NCBI RefSeq assembly: GCF_036321535.1
Contig: NC_087437.1
Location: forward strand, 91,142,001-91,206,000
Reading direction: 5' to 3'
From: Camelus dromedarius
Taxonomy: Eukaryota
Length of the DNA: 64,000 bases
Positions 1 to 13,500 of this stretch are shown piece after piece (position 1 is the first letter of the stretch; each line of letters starts with the position of its first letter). The translations under genes were made by a program, and so were the position numbers. The notes under the pieces are model-generated. The model was not told where the DNA came from, did no database searches, and saw nothing but the letters and a program-made list of their open reading frames with translations.

Positions 1-269
1 TGTGTCTGATGTTAGATAATCCAGTGTTATTGCCTATCATCTCAATTATTTTGTAATTAACCTGGTCACAATTTTACTTCTTTAATTTAAAACCATTATA
101 TTACAGACCAGTGGTTTCCAGTTGAGATTTCTCATCAGTTACCTATGGAGTTTTATTAATACACAGATGTTTAAGACCTTTGCTTAATTTATAAATAGAT
201 TTTATTCATCTCTCTAAATCTCATGGTTGAAAATAGATTCTTGCAATCATGTACATGTCCTTTCACTGC

Positions 270-975
270 CTCTTTTAAGAGGGCTGGTGCCATTATTGCT
301 GTTAAACTTTTATCAAAGCAAATGTTCGCCACATTTTCCACTGGTACAGTAACTGAAGAAATCCAACAGTTCTTCCTTACTCACCCAAAATATGTTATCC
401 TTATCATCTTCAGTCATCTGAAATAATAGAGAGCTAATTAGATTATTAAAATTAAAACATGCTAAACTGACGGAAAAACTCAATCTCCCATGACCTAAAG
501 TTTTACCCTTTAGCCTTGATTGCCCTCCAGTCCTGTCCTGATGAATTACACCAGTGACTCCATAAAAAATAAGTGGATGACCCATGAACATTCCCTATCT
601 GCCTAGATTCTCAAAGACTCAAACCCGGCGAATTCAGATATTCTAAAATACCATAAGGGACTGATTAATTATATGCAAACTTACCACAAATAGAGGCTAC
701 TTTTCCTCCAGCGTTAGAAACTTTGTTCTCTGGAAACAAGTCACCAGAAAATGAATCTTAAGGGCCTTGTTGGATGGACCCTTACAGTGTACTTTTTACC
801 ACTAAACATTACCACCAAACCCCAAATTCACATCTCTAAACTAAAAAGATGCAAAAGCTACTCTGAATAAAAGTCCACTCCAGTTGAAGACTTGAAACAG
901 GTTCTCTTGAGAGTCATGAAGGGCAGACAACACTATGAAGTAGAAAGCTTTCTGGAGAACTTTGAACCAAGACAA
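270..975 (+). pseudogene. pol: Decayed ERV (class I / gamma-like) pol fragment: integrase core and C-terminal domain
   Basis: Translation across frameshifts and stops gives KRAGAIIAVKLLSKQMFATF, CYPYHLQSSEIIE (cf. PYHPQSSGxIER), AKLTEKLNLP*PKVLP-ALIALQSCP, WMDPYSVLFTT (cf. WxGPYxVLLTT, GPY/F motif) and IHISKLKR, in integrase order. Confidence 0.8.
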
Positions 976-988
976 TGACATCGCAAGG

Positions 989-1580
989 TGGTTACCAGCA
1001 ATCCTAGGTGTTAAAACAAGACCCCAAGGATTACCTGTCGGGAGGAAAGTCTTGGGCCCACTGTGACAAAGAGACTTCCTATTCTGGGTCACTAGCTAAA
1101 ATTGGACCTCTTTTTCCTGTTCTGTCTGCCTATCCCAACGTCTCTGTGTGGAGAAGAGTCTTAGTCCGTAGAGTCTAAAGGCTTCCTGGAGTATGCCATC
1201 TGCTGTAGCTGAGTTTGTCTTGCTTGTTCTGCTTGTTTACCCCCATTATCTCTTGGCAGAACATAGACATAGACACATGTTTGGTAGGGAAGGGTATTAT
1301 TTCACCTGGAGTTATTTATGACGGAGCTTCCAGTTCCATCTCACCTGTGGTGTTGGGTTCACAGGATCTTGCTAGAGGGACTGTCATTTCAATCCAGGAG
1401 AAGATAAGCCTACATAGGCTGTCATTTCTTGCTAGGATAAAAGTTAGAAAGCACTGGATTTGGGTGGTTGTCTTCTGTTAGTTGAAGTGATGCCAGACAC
1501 ACTATCCTCCAGACTTTGGGTCCATAAGCAGGCTGCCTTCTCTTTAACCCCTTTAAGTTTTCCTTTTGTTGTTTCTTACA
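989..1580. mobile_element. Probable old ERV LTR or LTR-like segment
   Basis: About 590 bp, more GC-rich than its flanks, bounded by TG...CA and directly adjoining the integrase relic. No TSD or family recognised. Confidence 0.35.
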
Positions 1581-3401
1581 ACATTTCCTGGAGTTATAAA
1601 TATGATTAGTAGATGAGAGTTGGGAAAATGGGCATGCATCATTGATTCGGTCTCACAATGACTTTTTAATCTAAATAGCTTCTTTTAAATCAGACTTTTA
1701 AATGCATTTAAAAACACATTGTACATTGTATAGAGATGACTAATCCTTCCTATCTGAACTTTTCATTTTTCTTATTCTGTAGCATTGAAATCTACTTTTT
1801 TTGTTTGTTTGTTTTCTTCAAAGCAGTCTTCCTTTTCCTTCATGGATAGCCTTCCTGTGCTTAATATTTAAATACTGATATTCCAAAAATAATTGTTTTG
1901 GTTTCTTTTCTATAATCATGCTATATTTAACTCTTGATTTACCACATTTTGTTCACAATTTGTAACTATTATCACAATTTGTAATAATTTAGGGACATTA
2001 TTTTTTTCTGAATTCCAAACTTATTTTATAGTTTATTGTTGGACATAGTTATGCAAATGTAATGACAATTTGGCAAAATCAAATGCTTAAAATTTCACTC
2101 AACAGCTACCTTACTGCTGGCGCTCCCCTTTATATTTCCTAATGTAAATTCTCAAGACTTAACACCTGGGTAATGTTTTTTGTCTTTTGGTTGCTACTGC
2201 TAAGTATTCCCCATTTCACTGGAACATGACAGGCCATCATTAACTTGCTCATTGAGTGTTACAGCAATACCTCCTTAAGTGCCCTTCTTATACTCACACT
2301 CCTCCTCTTATAAGTTATGCTCCATCCTTCCACCTCAAACACTGGCACATCTTGCCATGGAAACTATACCAGGCTCAAATCCCCATACATACCTCAGCTC
2401 TCCCTGTCTTTATACTCTACTCAAATTATTTATTTTTAGTCCTTTTCTAATTTAAATATACATATAATTTTTAAAAATCATACTCAAGTCTTAATTGAAA
2501 TCTTATTTCTTCACTTTTGTTGTAAATAGTGACCCTTATGTCCTGTGCATGCTTCTATTATATCACTAAACTTAAATGTTTTAGATTTGTATGTCTCTAT
2601 CAAATATTTTCATTGTAAATACCATAAATGTCTTATTTATGTTTGTATTCAAACCATTCTAGCACTAAATCATTATTTTCCATGAATTGTATATGGTAGC
2701 TCAACTATATTAGAAATTATAATAAAGGTATTACTTTCCCAAAATTCCTATCTAATGCCAACTTTTCATACAAGTGGTATACATACAATTTAAGAAAATT
2801 TAGATGAAGAAAGAAAGAAGTGAAACTAATTGTTATTCTGATACATGAATACACAAATGGTTTGCCATTAAAATGTTTTATTTATTACTTCTGTATTGGT
2901 ACAAATGAACGATATATAATTCAGAAGGAACAAACTGCTAATCGGTTTTCTTCCTCAAAATATATTGATACCAACTTTTCTACTTGCCTACTCTGCCAAA
3001 TAGAAGCATGCATATTTATGTGTGTGTGTCTCACTCTCTCTGTCTTGTTTTGTTTACACACATGGTATTAAAAGTTGCAAAATGTTTTGGCCTGATTTTT
3101 TTCGTTAAAATATATATTTGGGGATTGTTTCGTATCAGTAAATATACAGCTAACTTTACTTTCAGTGACTTAATATTCAATTTTGGATATATCTTTTATA
3201 TATATAATTATATATATAAATTATATGTGTATATATGTATCTATGTATAAAAATTATAGATATGATATATTTAACCTGTATCTTATGCTGGACATTTAGA
3301 TTTCAATATAATTTGATATTGCAAATAATAATCTATTGATTATTACATCAACAGTGGGAGTAGTCTGAAAATTTACCCTACTTTCAAATTTAAAATTTAT
3401 A

Positions 3402-3840
3402 ATGCCACAGTTTTATGGATGCTGGCAAAAGATATGAGACTCCTGAGTCAGAGATAAAAGACATTACTCTTAAATGGAGTATGGCATTTGCTCTAATTCC
3501 TGGGACCCCAGTTTGCACAGGGGCACAGGGTGATGTGAAGAGAGGCAGGTGACACCTGCACACTGAGTGAGTAGGGTTACCTAAGAATAACTCTGAGTTT
3601 ATAAAACTCAGGGCAGTAAGTCCACCACCCAAATTTTGCCCCAGAGTGAGACATTGCCTTATTATACAGGACAGTGAACAAAACTGACATTTGCTCTGGA
3701 GGGAACATTATCTCTGTTTTCCAAAGCTGTTCAGTATACAAACTTCCTGGAAGAGAGTGTCTAGAGCAGAAGACTATGAGTGACTCTGTTCACAAGACTT
3801 ATGGAAATGTGAAAGACTTTTGGCAGGTTGTCTCCCAATA
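3402..3840 (-). mobile_element. ERVL solo LTR, LTR40-like
   Basis: Minus strand begins TATTGGGAGACAACCTGCC...TTTCCATAAGTCTTGTGAACAGAG, resembling the LTR40 5' end, and ends ...AAAACTGTGGCA. Confidence 0.7.
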
Positions 3841-4044
3841 TGTCTATATTCAAAAGTCCCATATGTGATTTTAACTGGACAATATGTTTCCAGTAACAAA
3901 ATTGCTGAGTTACATTTGAGTATTTTTAATTTTGATAGACATTTCCAAACTGTTCTATTGCAATGTGTAGTTTCCACTCTCTCCAGCAATATTGAGAGTG
4001 CCTATTTGTGAAACCCATTCCAACTCAAGGATTTATCAAACTTA

Positions 4045-4965
4045 AAAAAAGTAGGTATAATTAACATACCACATTATATTAGTTTCAGATGTACAACATA
4101 ATGATTTGATAATTGTGTATATTGTGAAATGATCACCAAAATAAGTCTAGTAAACATCCATCACCATACATAGTTATACATTTGTTTATTCCAATGAAAA
4201 CCTTTAAAATTTACTCTTTTTGACACTTTTAAATATACAATACAGTATTATTAACTATAATTGTCATGCAGTATTTATTTTTATAGCTGGAAGTTTGTAC
4301 CTTTTGGTTCCCTTCACTCATTTCACCTACCCCTAGCCTCCAGTAACCACCAATCTGTTCTATCTGTGAGGTTGCTTTTACTTTTTATTTTTATTTTTTT
4401 AAGATTTTACATGTGAGTGATATCATACAGTGCTTGTTTTTCTCTGCCTGACTTAAATCACATAGCATAATGCCTTCAAGTTGTGGTAATTCTCTTTTTA
4501 ATTTTTTAAGGATTCACCATAGTGTTTTTCATAGTAACTGCACCAACTTACATTCCTACCAGCAGTGCACAAGGATTCCATTTTCTTCACATCTTTGCCA
4601 ACACTTGTTTTCTCTTGTCTTTTTCATAATAGCCATTCTGACAGGTGTGAGGTGATATGTGACTGTGGTTTTGATTTGTATTTCCCTGATGATTAGTGAT
4701 ATTGAGCACCTTCTCATATACTTGTTGGCCATTTTTATGTCTTCTGTAGAAAAATATTTATTTAGATTTCCTGCTCATTTTTTAATCAGATTGTTTATTT
4801 TTTTGCTATTGAGTAGCCCGAATTTTTTATTTATTTTGACTACAAACCCCTCATCAGATATATGATTTGCAAATATTTCTCCCATTCTTTAGGTTGCCAT
4901 TTTATTTTATTGATGCTTTCCTTTGCTGTATAGAAGCTTTATAGCTTGATATAATCCACTTGTTT
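4045..4965 (-). mobile_element. L1 3' UTR plus ORF2 C-terminus (L1MA9-like), with an internal deletion near 4479
   Basis: Typical antisense L1 text (gccattctgacaggtgtgaggtgata; ttgatttgtatttccctgatgattagtgat). ORFs 4470..4655 and 4659..4865 are antisense reads of ORF2. Confidence 0.85.
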
Positions 4966-5744
4966 TGATTAGCTTTCTAATATTTGAAAATTTTATGGAT
5001 GAAATACTATTTTCATAATTTTGAGCACTATCTTCTTTTGTCTGTTCAGTATAGCATTTTTCATGTTTAAGAGAAGTTGTATTTCATTTGCTGTATCCAT
5101 TTATACCTTATGTTAATTTTTCTACAAGTTTAAATCATTATTCACACTTATTTTAAGAGCTTTTCAATATTAAGACAATTCTTAGCTCTGTTCTTTTTGA
5201 TGAATTATAAACATTTTCGGTTTTTTGGAATGTGTTTTTGACTCTTTTACTGTGTTTTGTTTCACAGTTGAAATGTTTATTTTTTGTATGCAGAGGTACC
5301 CATCCTTTTTCTCAAGGCAACTGGGTTTATGTTATTTTTATGAAGAAAGCCTTCTATGTTGTTCTTTGCTATCATATAATAACTGTATGGTCTTATTTTT
5401 AACTTCTAAATTTTGAATCCCTTGTAATTCAATTCTGCTCTCTGAATAAGTTGTTCTTGTTTTTCTAACTTTTTAATATAAAAAATACATCTTTACTTAT
5501 GGACTATGAATAAGACTTTTATAATATTTTGTATTCTTCTATGTAGTGAGATTATATGTGGATACTGTGTTCCACAAGTCTAACACAATTACAATGTTTT
5601 GATTATTTAAGCTTGAAAATTCAAAATAATGACAGATCAGAGTAATCTACTCTCTATACTCTAAATATTATTGATATTTTTATTTATTTATTTCTTACTA
5701 ATATTAGTGTATCTGGCTCATTCCATTTATTCCCCCAAAATCTC

Positions 5745-5946
5745 TTTTTTTTTCATATTCAGATTTCCCAGTTTTATTTGTATTCATTCTTTTTTTCTAA
5801 CATTTTTTACTGATTTATAATCATTTTACAATGTTGTGTCCAATTCCAGTGTTCAGCACAATTTTTCAGTCATTCATGGACATATACACACTCATTGTCA
5901 CATTTTTTTCTCTGTGAGTTATCATAACATTTTGTGTATATTTCCC
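5745..5946 (-). mobile_element. Young 5'-truncated L1 3' end with 3' transduction and 18-bp TSD
   Basis: TSD ttcccccaaaatctcttt at 5730-5747 and 5942-5959. The body matches the L1 3' end at 23267-23425. Confidence 0.85.
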
Positions 5947-5959
5947 CCAAAATCTCTTT

Positions 5960-8010
5960 AGATCTTTAAAAACCTAGTTTTGGTTTTAGATTTCTAGATT
6001 TTCTTTAGAGTGAACTGACATATTATGATGTTATGTTCTGCTTCACAACCATATAATGCTTTGACATTTGTTTGAGTTATTTGCTATCCCTTAGTAGCAT
6101 TTAAAATTTTTTCATTATATAAATCCTATATATTTCTTGTTAATTTTTCCTAGTTATGCCATATTTTGTTGCTATTTAAGTGGGTATTTTGATCCAGTTT
6201 AAATAATGTTTTAAACATTATTTATTAAGGAATTGATTTATACATATTACACCCCAAAATTCATTGAATTGTTATGCCATATGTGATAGATTTTTAGTTG
6301 ATCCTTTTAGGCTTTCCAGAGAAACAATCATATTTTCTGTGAATTCGAGTTTATACACATGACTTTCTTACATTTATTTATAGCTCTCTATTATCTGGTT
6401 GTCTCTGCTATTAACCTTTGTTGTTTAATTTTTTTTTTAATTGGTAAGTTATGGCATCCTCATCTCTTCTCTCATTTAAATGAGAAAAACATTTTTAGTC
6501 AGTTTACAAATATAAATAGATCACTATTCTATTACTCTTTTATTATGAAATTTTAGTGTAAATACTGATTCTTTTACAGTTTTTTTTTAGTATATAGAGA
6601 TGTTCACCTTTTTTCATTATATGTCAATATTTTGATTTATTTTAATGGATTTCCTTATATTAATTTTTGTATTGCTCTAGAAAACCTTAATTGATCATGA
6701 AGTATTATTCTTTTATATTGATTCTTGATGCTATTTATCTTTTATCTGAATTCTTTTGCTTTGGTGTTCACAAGTAAATTTGATTTCTATTTTTTTAAAT
6801 GTACCTTCTTTTTACTGGGATTGACCATTTATATTTATCTAGAATGTCATTTATTTTACCTGTGTTTTCCAATTTATTTGGTTAAAGTTGTAAAGTGTAG
6901 TTGCTCCATTCTTGTTTTATTGTCTATGTCTGACAATTTCCCACTTTGTCCTTGACTAGTTTGGTTAGAAGGTGTGTCCATTTATTTTCCAAAGAAATAG
7001 TTCATGGCTTTATACATTTATCATGTTTTATGTTTTTCTAAGTTATGGTATAATTTCATCTCTATTAAATCCTTTGTTATGCTCTTTTACTTGAGGTGGG
7101 AGGGTGTGATGTCCTACCTTATTGTACAAAGTACCTAATCATTTTTTTTAACCTTCTTGAATTGAATACATAATTCACTTAGTTTTACTATTCCATAGGT
7201 TTTTTTTTTTTTAAGCTAAGATGTTTTTGCTTTTAGAGTTTCTGATTTGAAGAAATTTTATCATTATTCTCAATCAATATTCCAAAACTTTGTATTAGAA
7301 ATCTTCCTTTATCGCTTAAGAAAGATGGGTTTTTAATACTTTTTGTTCCTTTTGTCATAAATTTCCAGGAGTTAGATTTTTTAACCATGAATATTTCTAT
7401 AGTATTAGGTTCCACCTTTTCTATCTTTGCCATTAAAAAATTATTTCTGCCATTTGTACTTATCATAACTTGTTCATTTTAATGCCAATTATTATGAATT
7501 TTTCCTTAGAAACTTTAAAATAAATATATTCTCTCCTTTAAGATATGCAGTTAGTTACATTTAATTTTATTGCTTTATTTATTTATTTTCAAGTCCGTTT
7601 TTATTGTTCATCCACTTGGTCTATCTTAGACTGAAAAAGCTGAATTAATAATGTCTACTACACATATGTTTCTACTACACATACTACACAATTTCTTCTC
7701 TTCTTCATGAATGTCTTGTTTTTTGAATAGTGTCTACTTTATTTGACCCACAGATAACAATCATAATCATAAGTGACTTCCCTGATTTTTTCAAAATAAT
7801 TTTTACTTCAAATTCTACTTAATCTGATACTAATATTGAAATTTTACCTTTTTATTTTTCACCTTTTTAATTGCAATTTTATAATATGTCTCTGGCTATG
7901 ATTTTATTATAAGTCTTTTAGTGTCAAAAATTTTTATAGTCATTTATATAATGCATATAGTTAAGTTTTGCTTGCAATTCCATCTGAATTTCTGTTTCTT
8001 TCATTGATCT
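5960..8010 (-). mobile_element. Highly decayed old L1 (L1M-type) ORF2 fragments
   Basis: T-rich antisense L1-like motifs (gaactgacatattatgatgtt; ttttgttgctatt; gtaagttatggcatcctcatct; ttgatcatgaagtattattc). Confidence 0.55.
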
Positions 8011-8749
8011 ACTAAGCAAAATACAAAAGAGTTGCATCCCTTGTTTGAGATATTTATAGAAAAATAGCTTTTAATTTACTGTCTAGTTGTCTTTTAAGAA
8101 TTTATCAAAAAATGTGTTGCCTTAATACAATACATAAACTCTTTAGGAATAAGTGCATGGAAGTTTGAAGACTTATATGAAGAACACACAGAAGTTTAAG
8201 TATTGATATGAATAGTTGAAAATTGGTAAGACCTACTATTTTGAGGCCATAATACTACAATTAATATTATAAAATTAGTAATTCCTTTTAACTTATTGCA
8301 ATGGTTTTTAACTCTAAGACAGTTCTGCCAATTATCTAGACTCCAAAATAATAAATATTAGAGAAACAGTGGATTACTGATGGGAGGAAGACAGAGATAT
8401 CCACTAGAGATTATTAATACACATTAAATATGCAGAAATATAAATATTGTTGTAGCCCAAGAATAAGCAAATTGACCAGTAGAAGAGACTTGAAATACCT
8501 AAAATTAAAACTGATATATATGGAAATTTGTATATAAAGTAATTATCACAATGTAAGGCACACGTTATTGGTTACCAAAATTATATGGGTGTGTGTATGT
8601 GCATAATTTTACTATAACAAAAAATTTTAAAGAAAGCAAAAGTATGAAATCAATAAAGAGTTTTTACTTTGTTTTCTACTCTTTTATTTTTGGTATTTAA
8701 AAAATATTTTGGCAAATTAAAACAATTTTCCATGAAGAATCCTATACCT

Positions 8750-8915
8750 TGCAAAGCTATTCAGAAATGAAGATTTTCTCAACACACAAAAGCTGACAGA
8801 GTTCATCACCACTTGACTTGCCTTAAAAGAAATGCTAAAGGGACTTCTTGAATTTGAAATGAAAAGATGTCAAGTAATAACATGAAACATATAAAAGTTC
8901 AAACTTAATGGTAAA
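8750..8915 (+). mobile_element. L1 ORF1 C-terminal fragment
   Basis: aaaagctgacagagttcatcaccact...aaagaaatgctaaagggacttctt reads KLTEFITT...LKEMLKGLL. Confidence 0.7.
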
Positions 8916-9199
8916 GCTGAGGAGAAAATGATTTGCCATGAATAATATGAACTACAAAAGAATTTCAGTGTAATGATCTGAGAATTTTCACCTATAGATG
9001 CATATATTTTTCTGGAAAGCCTTGGGCACATGAGGCAGTTTTTCAGCTACAGTTACATTGATTGCATTTTTATAGAAATATGAAAATCTATCCTCTCCCT
9101 TTAACTTAGGGATAACAAAAATGTGATTAAAATAACTTACTACTCAAATTCTATCTTTGTAGAATGAATATATCTAATTTCTCACCGTGAAAAGAGGTG

Positions 9200-10480
9200 A
9201 TTTTGTTCTTCTATTTTAATATATATGCCTTTTATTTTCATTTTTTGCTTTATTGCAGTCCAGAATCTCTAGTACAAGACTGAATGGAAGGGATAGTAGT
9301 GTATATCCTGGCTTAATTCCCAATTTAAGTGGAAAAAAATCATGTTTTCATCAATAAATATGTTAGCTGTATATTTTTCACAGATACCCTTTATCAGTTG
9401 AAAAGGTGTTTTACCTCCTTCTTACTTTGCCTAAAGTGTTTTTTCAAAAATAGATATTGAATTTTATCAAATGGTTCTCCATCCATTGAGATAATCATAT
9501 AACTTTTCTTGTTTATATTGATAGTATAGACAAATACATTGATTGACTGTTTGACCAAATTGGATTTCTGGGATAGCCCATTTGGTCATGTTGCATTATA
9601 ATTTTTTATTCATTTTTATTGGATTTATTGGCTAAATTTTGTTGATAATGTATATATCTATATTCATAAAGAGTTCTTGTGTATAGTTTTCTTTATTTGC
9701 AATATCTGTGCCTTACAATGATGTCAGAGCAATGCTGGTCTCATAGTATGAATTGGGAAGTTTTTCCTCCTTTTTTATTTTCATGTAAAATTGTCATTTA
9801 GTTTTTCCTCAAACGTTTGGTGGAATTCACCAGGAAAGCCATCTGAGCCTAGATTTTCTTTTTTCGTGGGAAAGGGTTTAAACAAAAATTGAGTGTCTAA
9901 ATAGATATTGAGCTATTCTTGTTATTCCAAACAAAGTTTCAGGTATCTTCCAAAAAAAAAAAGTGTTCATTTCATTGAAGGAGTCAAATATACTGGCATG
10001 GAGTTGTTCTTAAAATATCCTTAGCTTTATTTTAAAGTTCATAGGAATTTCTAATTCTGCAAGTATTTCCACTCCAGTTTGTGGAATCATGAACTAGTCT
10101 CAGACCTGTGTGTTTTCTAGTGATTGATATGCCTGATCCTTTCTGGTGGTCCCTCCGTGGGCTTTGAGAATTAGCTCAGATGTGTGCACTTATCTGAACT
10201 CAACTGAAGACCAGAGAAGAACCCCTCTCAGAAATCCAAAGCCCTCTCGATTTATGTGCAACTCTCTTTACTCCACTTGCCTGCCCTGGGAATTTTACCA
10301 AACATGAACTCTGAACACTGTCTCTTTTACTCAGAGAAACTGTTCATTCTGTTTGAGTATTCCTTCCCTGTAATCACAGCCTGGTAAACTGGGGCTAATG
10401 TAGTGATTACCTCATTTATTTCCTTTCTCTCAGATATAACTATCCCTTGTTGCCTGATGTCTGATGTCCAATTTCTGAGA
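9200..10480 (-). mobile_element. Old L1 (ORF2 RT region and upstream fragments)
   Basis: Antisense ORF2 motifs (ccattgagataatcatat; caatgctggtctcatagtatgaattgggaag; tggtggaattcaccaggaaagccatctgagcct). Confidence 0.7.
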
Positions 10481-10481
10481 A

Positions 10482-10485
<4 letters not shown>

Positions 10486-10516
<31 letters not shown>

Positions 10517-10560
10517 ACATATGTATGTGTATATATATATATATATATTTTTTTTTTTTT
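10486..10560. repeat. Compound microsatellite (TG)15 - (TA)n - T13
   Basis: Seen directly. Confidence 0.95.
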
Positions 10561-13500
10561 CCTGTCACTTCATCATGACTGGAAAAGGGGATCTGAATGT
10601 TATATTTTCACAGAGGAACAAATAGAGTGAGGCAGTCTAAGGTAAAAGAACACTTTCCAGATATGTACTTGTGGACTTTGAAAATTCCTGTGTCCCTTTC
10701 ATAATTTTCTTAGATTCCTCTCTCTGGTCACATTAGTTTTTATGTTTAGTTTGGTTAGTTTGTTTGTTTTGGCTAGGATGTGAAACCTAATTAAAAAAAT
10801 AAATGCTATAACATAGTGGAAAGAAAAAGTAGTTTAAAACATCTCACATGAGTTGAATAAAAAAACATTTTTCAGTCAAGGAAAATATAATTCTATCTTA
10901 GTATATACTGTGACAATCTTACAGAAAACTCCAAAACTTACTGGCAATGTAGGAGACTATCTGGTTCACTGATTTATATTTTATTTCAGTAAAGGAGAAA
11001 AGTACAGATGCTTTGGACCTTAGTTTAGAGCTCAATTAACTTTGAAAGGTTTGAAAGTAATTTCCAAGGCCATACAAGTATTTAATGAATCAAGTGCCAA
11101 GGGAGGTTAAAGTGCTTGAGCAAGAGATAATAATAAACCGCCCCTTTTTTAACCCACAAATCATGGATGACTTTTTGTAGCCTGGTAAGTAGGACAACAG
11201 ATTCTTCAAGCTCAGGATGAAGTAAATCAAATAAATATAAAGAAAATAAGGGTTCTCTTTATAAAGTAAATGGACAAAACTTTACAAACATAAGAAATAA
11301 ATTTTGAATAATTAAAGCTATTATTTATCAAACAGTTTTGCCTGGCATTCCTTTATATCTTTTTAGAATATGAAATTGTTTGTTGAAGGAGCTTCAAGGA
11401 CCAGTTTTTTCCCCCTGCCACCCTACCTCCCCCTCAGAAAGTATATAGGTGTCTGTCAAAAAATTACTTATTTTTACTATTTTGATGATATTTTAGATGA
11501 CCTGGCAATACCATTCTACTGGCTTAGGGTCATTTAAATAAATCATGTGTGTTCTCTCTCTCTCTCCTCTACTTAGTTTTCACTAAAATCCTGTACAATC
11601 TTATTTTGAAAATAACCCCAAAAATGCCACTTTTATTCCATGATATGAAATCATATCAGTAGGAGAACTCATAGGCCCATATATCACATTTCCCATGTTA
11701 TCTAAAGTTTACTGTGATATTATAGATTGTTATGATTGCTTATAACACCGATAATTTTTGCCACTAAAAATCACTTGTATTAGAATATGCAATAGGAGAA
11801 TAGCTGTGAATTTTAAAATGACAGTCTACTACATTAGTTATCATACTAATCATTAGTCAGAATTAAATAATAATTTTATCATCAAAAATTCCTTACATTA
11901 AAATGTATAATAGAAAATAAGTATGGATTTTTTCCAGGATAATACATTAATTAATGAATTAATCAATAAGTAGAATTAAATATATTTAAAATCAAAGAGC
12001 TCCATAGATTTTTGAATCTTATTTAGAAATAAGTCAAATGTATGTCTGAGTAATTAATAATGGGAATCCAACTCTTCAGTTAGAATTGAAATGTCGAAGG
12101 GTTGGTAGAGCAATTTGAATCTTGTTAAATATGCATCTCTTTTACGGAAGATTTAACTTTGAAAATTCAGTCCTACACCGTAATTATTTTTAGTAAGTCC
12201 TCTTAGCAGTGTGCCATCCAAATGCGTAACATTTAATCACAAAAGAAGCATGGAAAGAATCTTCACAACTCACCATTGTGCAATCTCAGGTAGCCCATAT
12301 GCAACTTACTTTCAGAGTTCAAATATTCTAGCCTCAAGTTTATTATCTTGCCTTTGAAAAAAAAACTACTTTATGATATTGCATCCAAGTTTATTAAAAT
12401 GACTACCTTTTTCTCAATTTATCTGAATTCAGGCTAAACTAATCTCTACATTTTTAAAAACTCCTTATAGATCAAGAAATCTTGGGTACATAATAGTGTC
12501 AGGCCAAACATCCCTTTGAAACTCTGTCTTTTCTTCAGGTTTCACTTCACCTGCAATAAATAGATTTTTAAAATTTTGTTATTTACACATCTCTCAGCTA
12601 AAATAATAAAATTTCTAAAGTTTACCTGTTGTTTTATTGTTCTTTAGTTAAACTTAGACACATAAAAATCAGCGTTTTTATCAGTATGTAATGAACGAAA
12701 GAAATTGCAAAGTGGCATCCACAAAATCTCATGGAATTCCTAGGTGGTCTTCTTATCATCCAATGAAGTGTGAACATATATAGAAATCAAGTATATAATT
12801 AGAATAATCAAAGGAGTATAAACAGAAGATATTTGTAGTTTCTTTCAAAATAATAAAAATAGAATAAATAAAATATTGCTCTTTTGGGGGGCATTTTATT
12901 TGAGAAAAATTTTAAGAAATTGAGAAAATAAAATCTATGTTATAAACTTAAAGAAAAATTAGTACTTAAGTCTAATTAGATTTGTTTTATCAAGCTAGAA
13001 ATGTCACTGAATAAGTGAATCAATTAAAACAGGTTTGAATACAATAATTTTGGAGAGAAGCTGCAATTACGTATTTTTTAATAAAACTTCCTTTTTGATT
13101 TATCTCCAAACGAGACCTCAGAAGCTTATTTCAGCAGTCGAGGCCCATTCTCTTCATTAACATTCATAAAGCATCAGTTATTTAAAATCCTAGCTTTCTA
13201 TTAATACCTTACAATTTAATTCACAAGTATATGAAATTTTCTCACATTTGAAGACCTGAATATGTGGAATCTCAGCTTCTTCAAACAGTGGCTTATCCAA
13301 TGATTAAGTCTTTAGGGATTCATTGTTTTAATAATATATTTATTAGTAGATATTTATAAAGGTTTATATCTGTTAACCATATACATGAATATGAGTATAA
13401 CACTAATTATCACTGTTATATGTGTCTTTTATTGAACTTGTAAATAAATACAGTGAAGTTAAACAAAATACTTTAATCACATTGGTAGAAGGAAATTTGG

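Noticed and set aside
1953..1990. Short tandem duplications (also ~7654-7690, 21421-21446, 60084-60113)
   Set aside because: Ordinary slippage duplications of 11-19 bp with no further structure.
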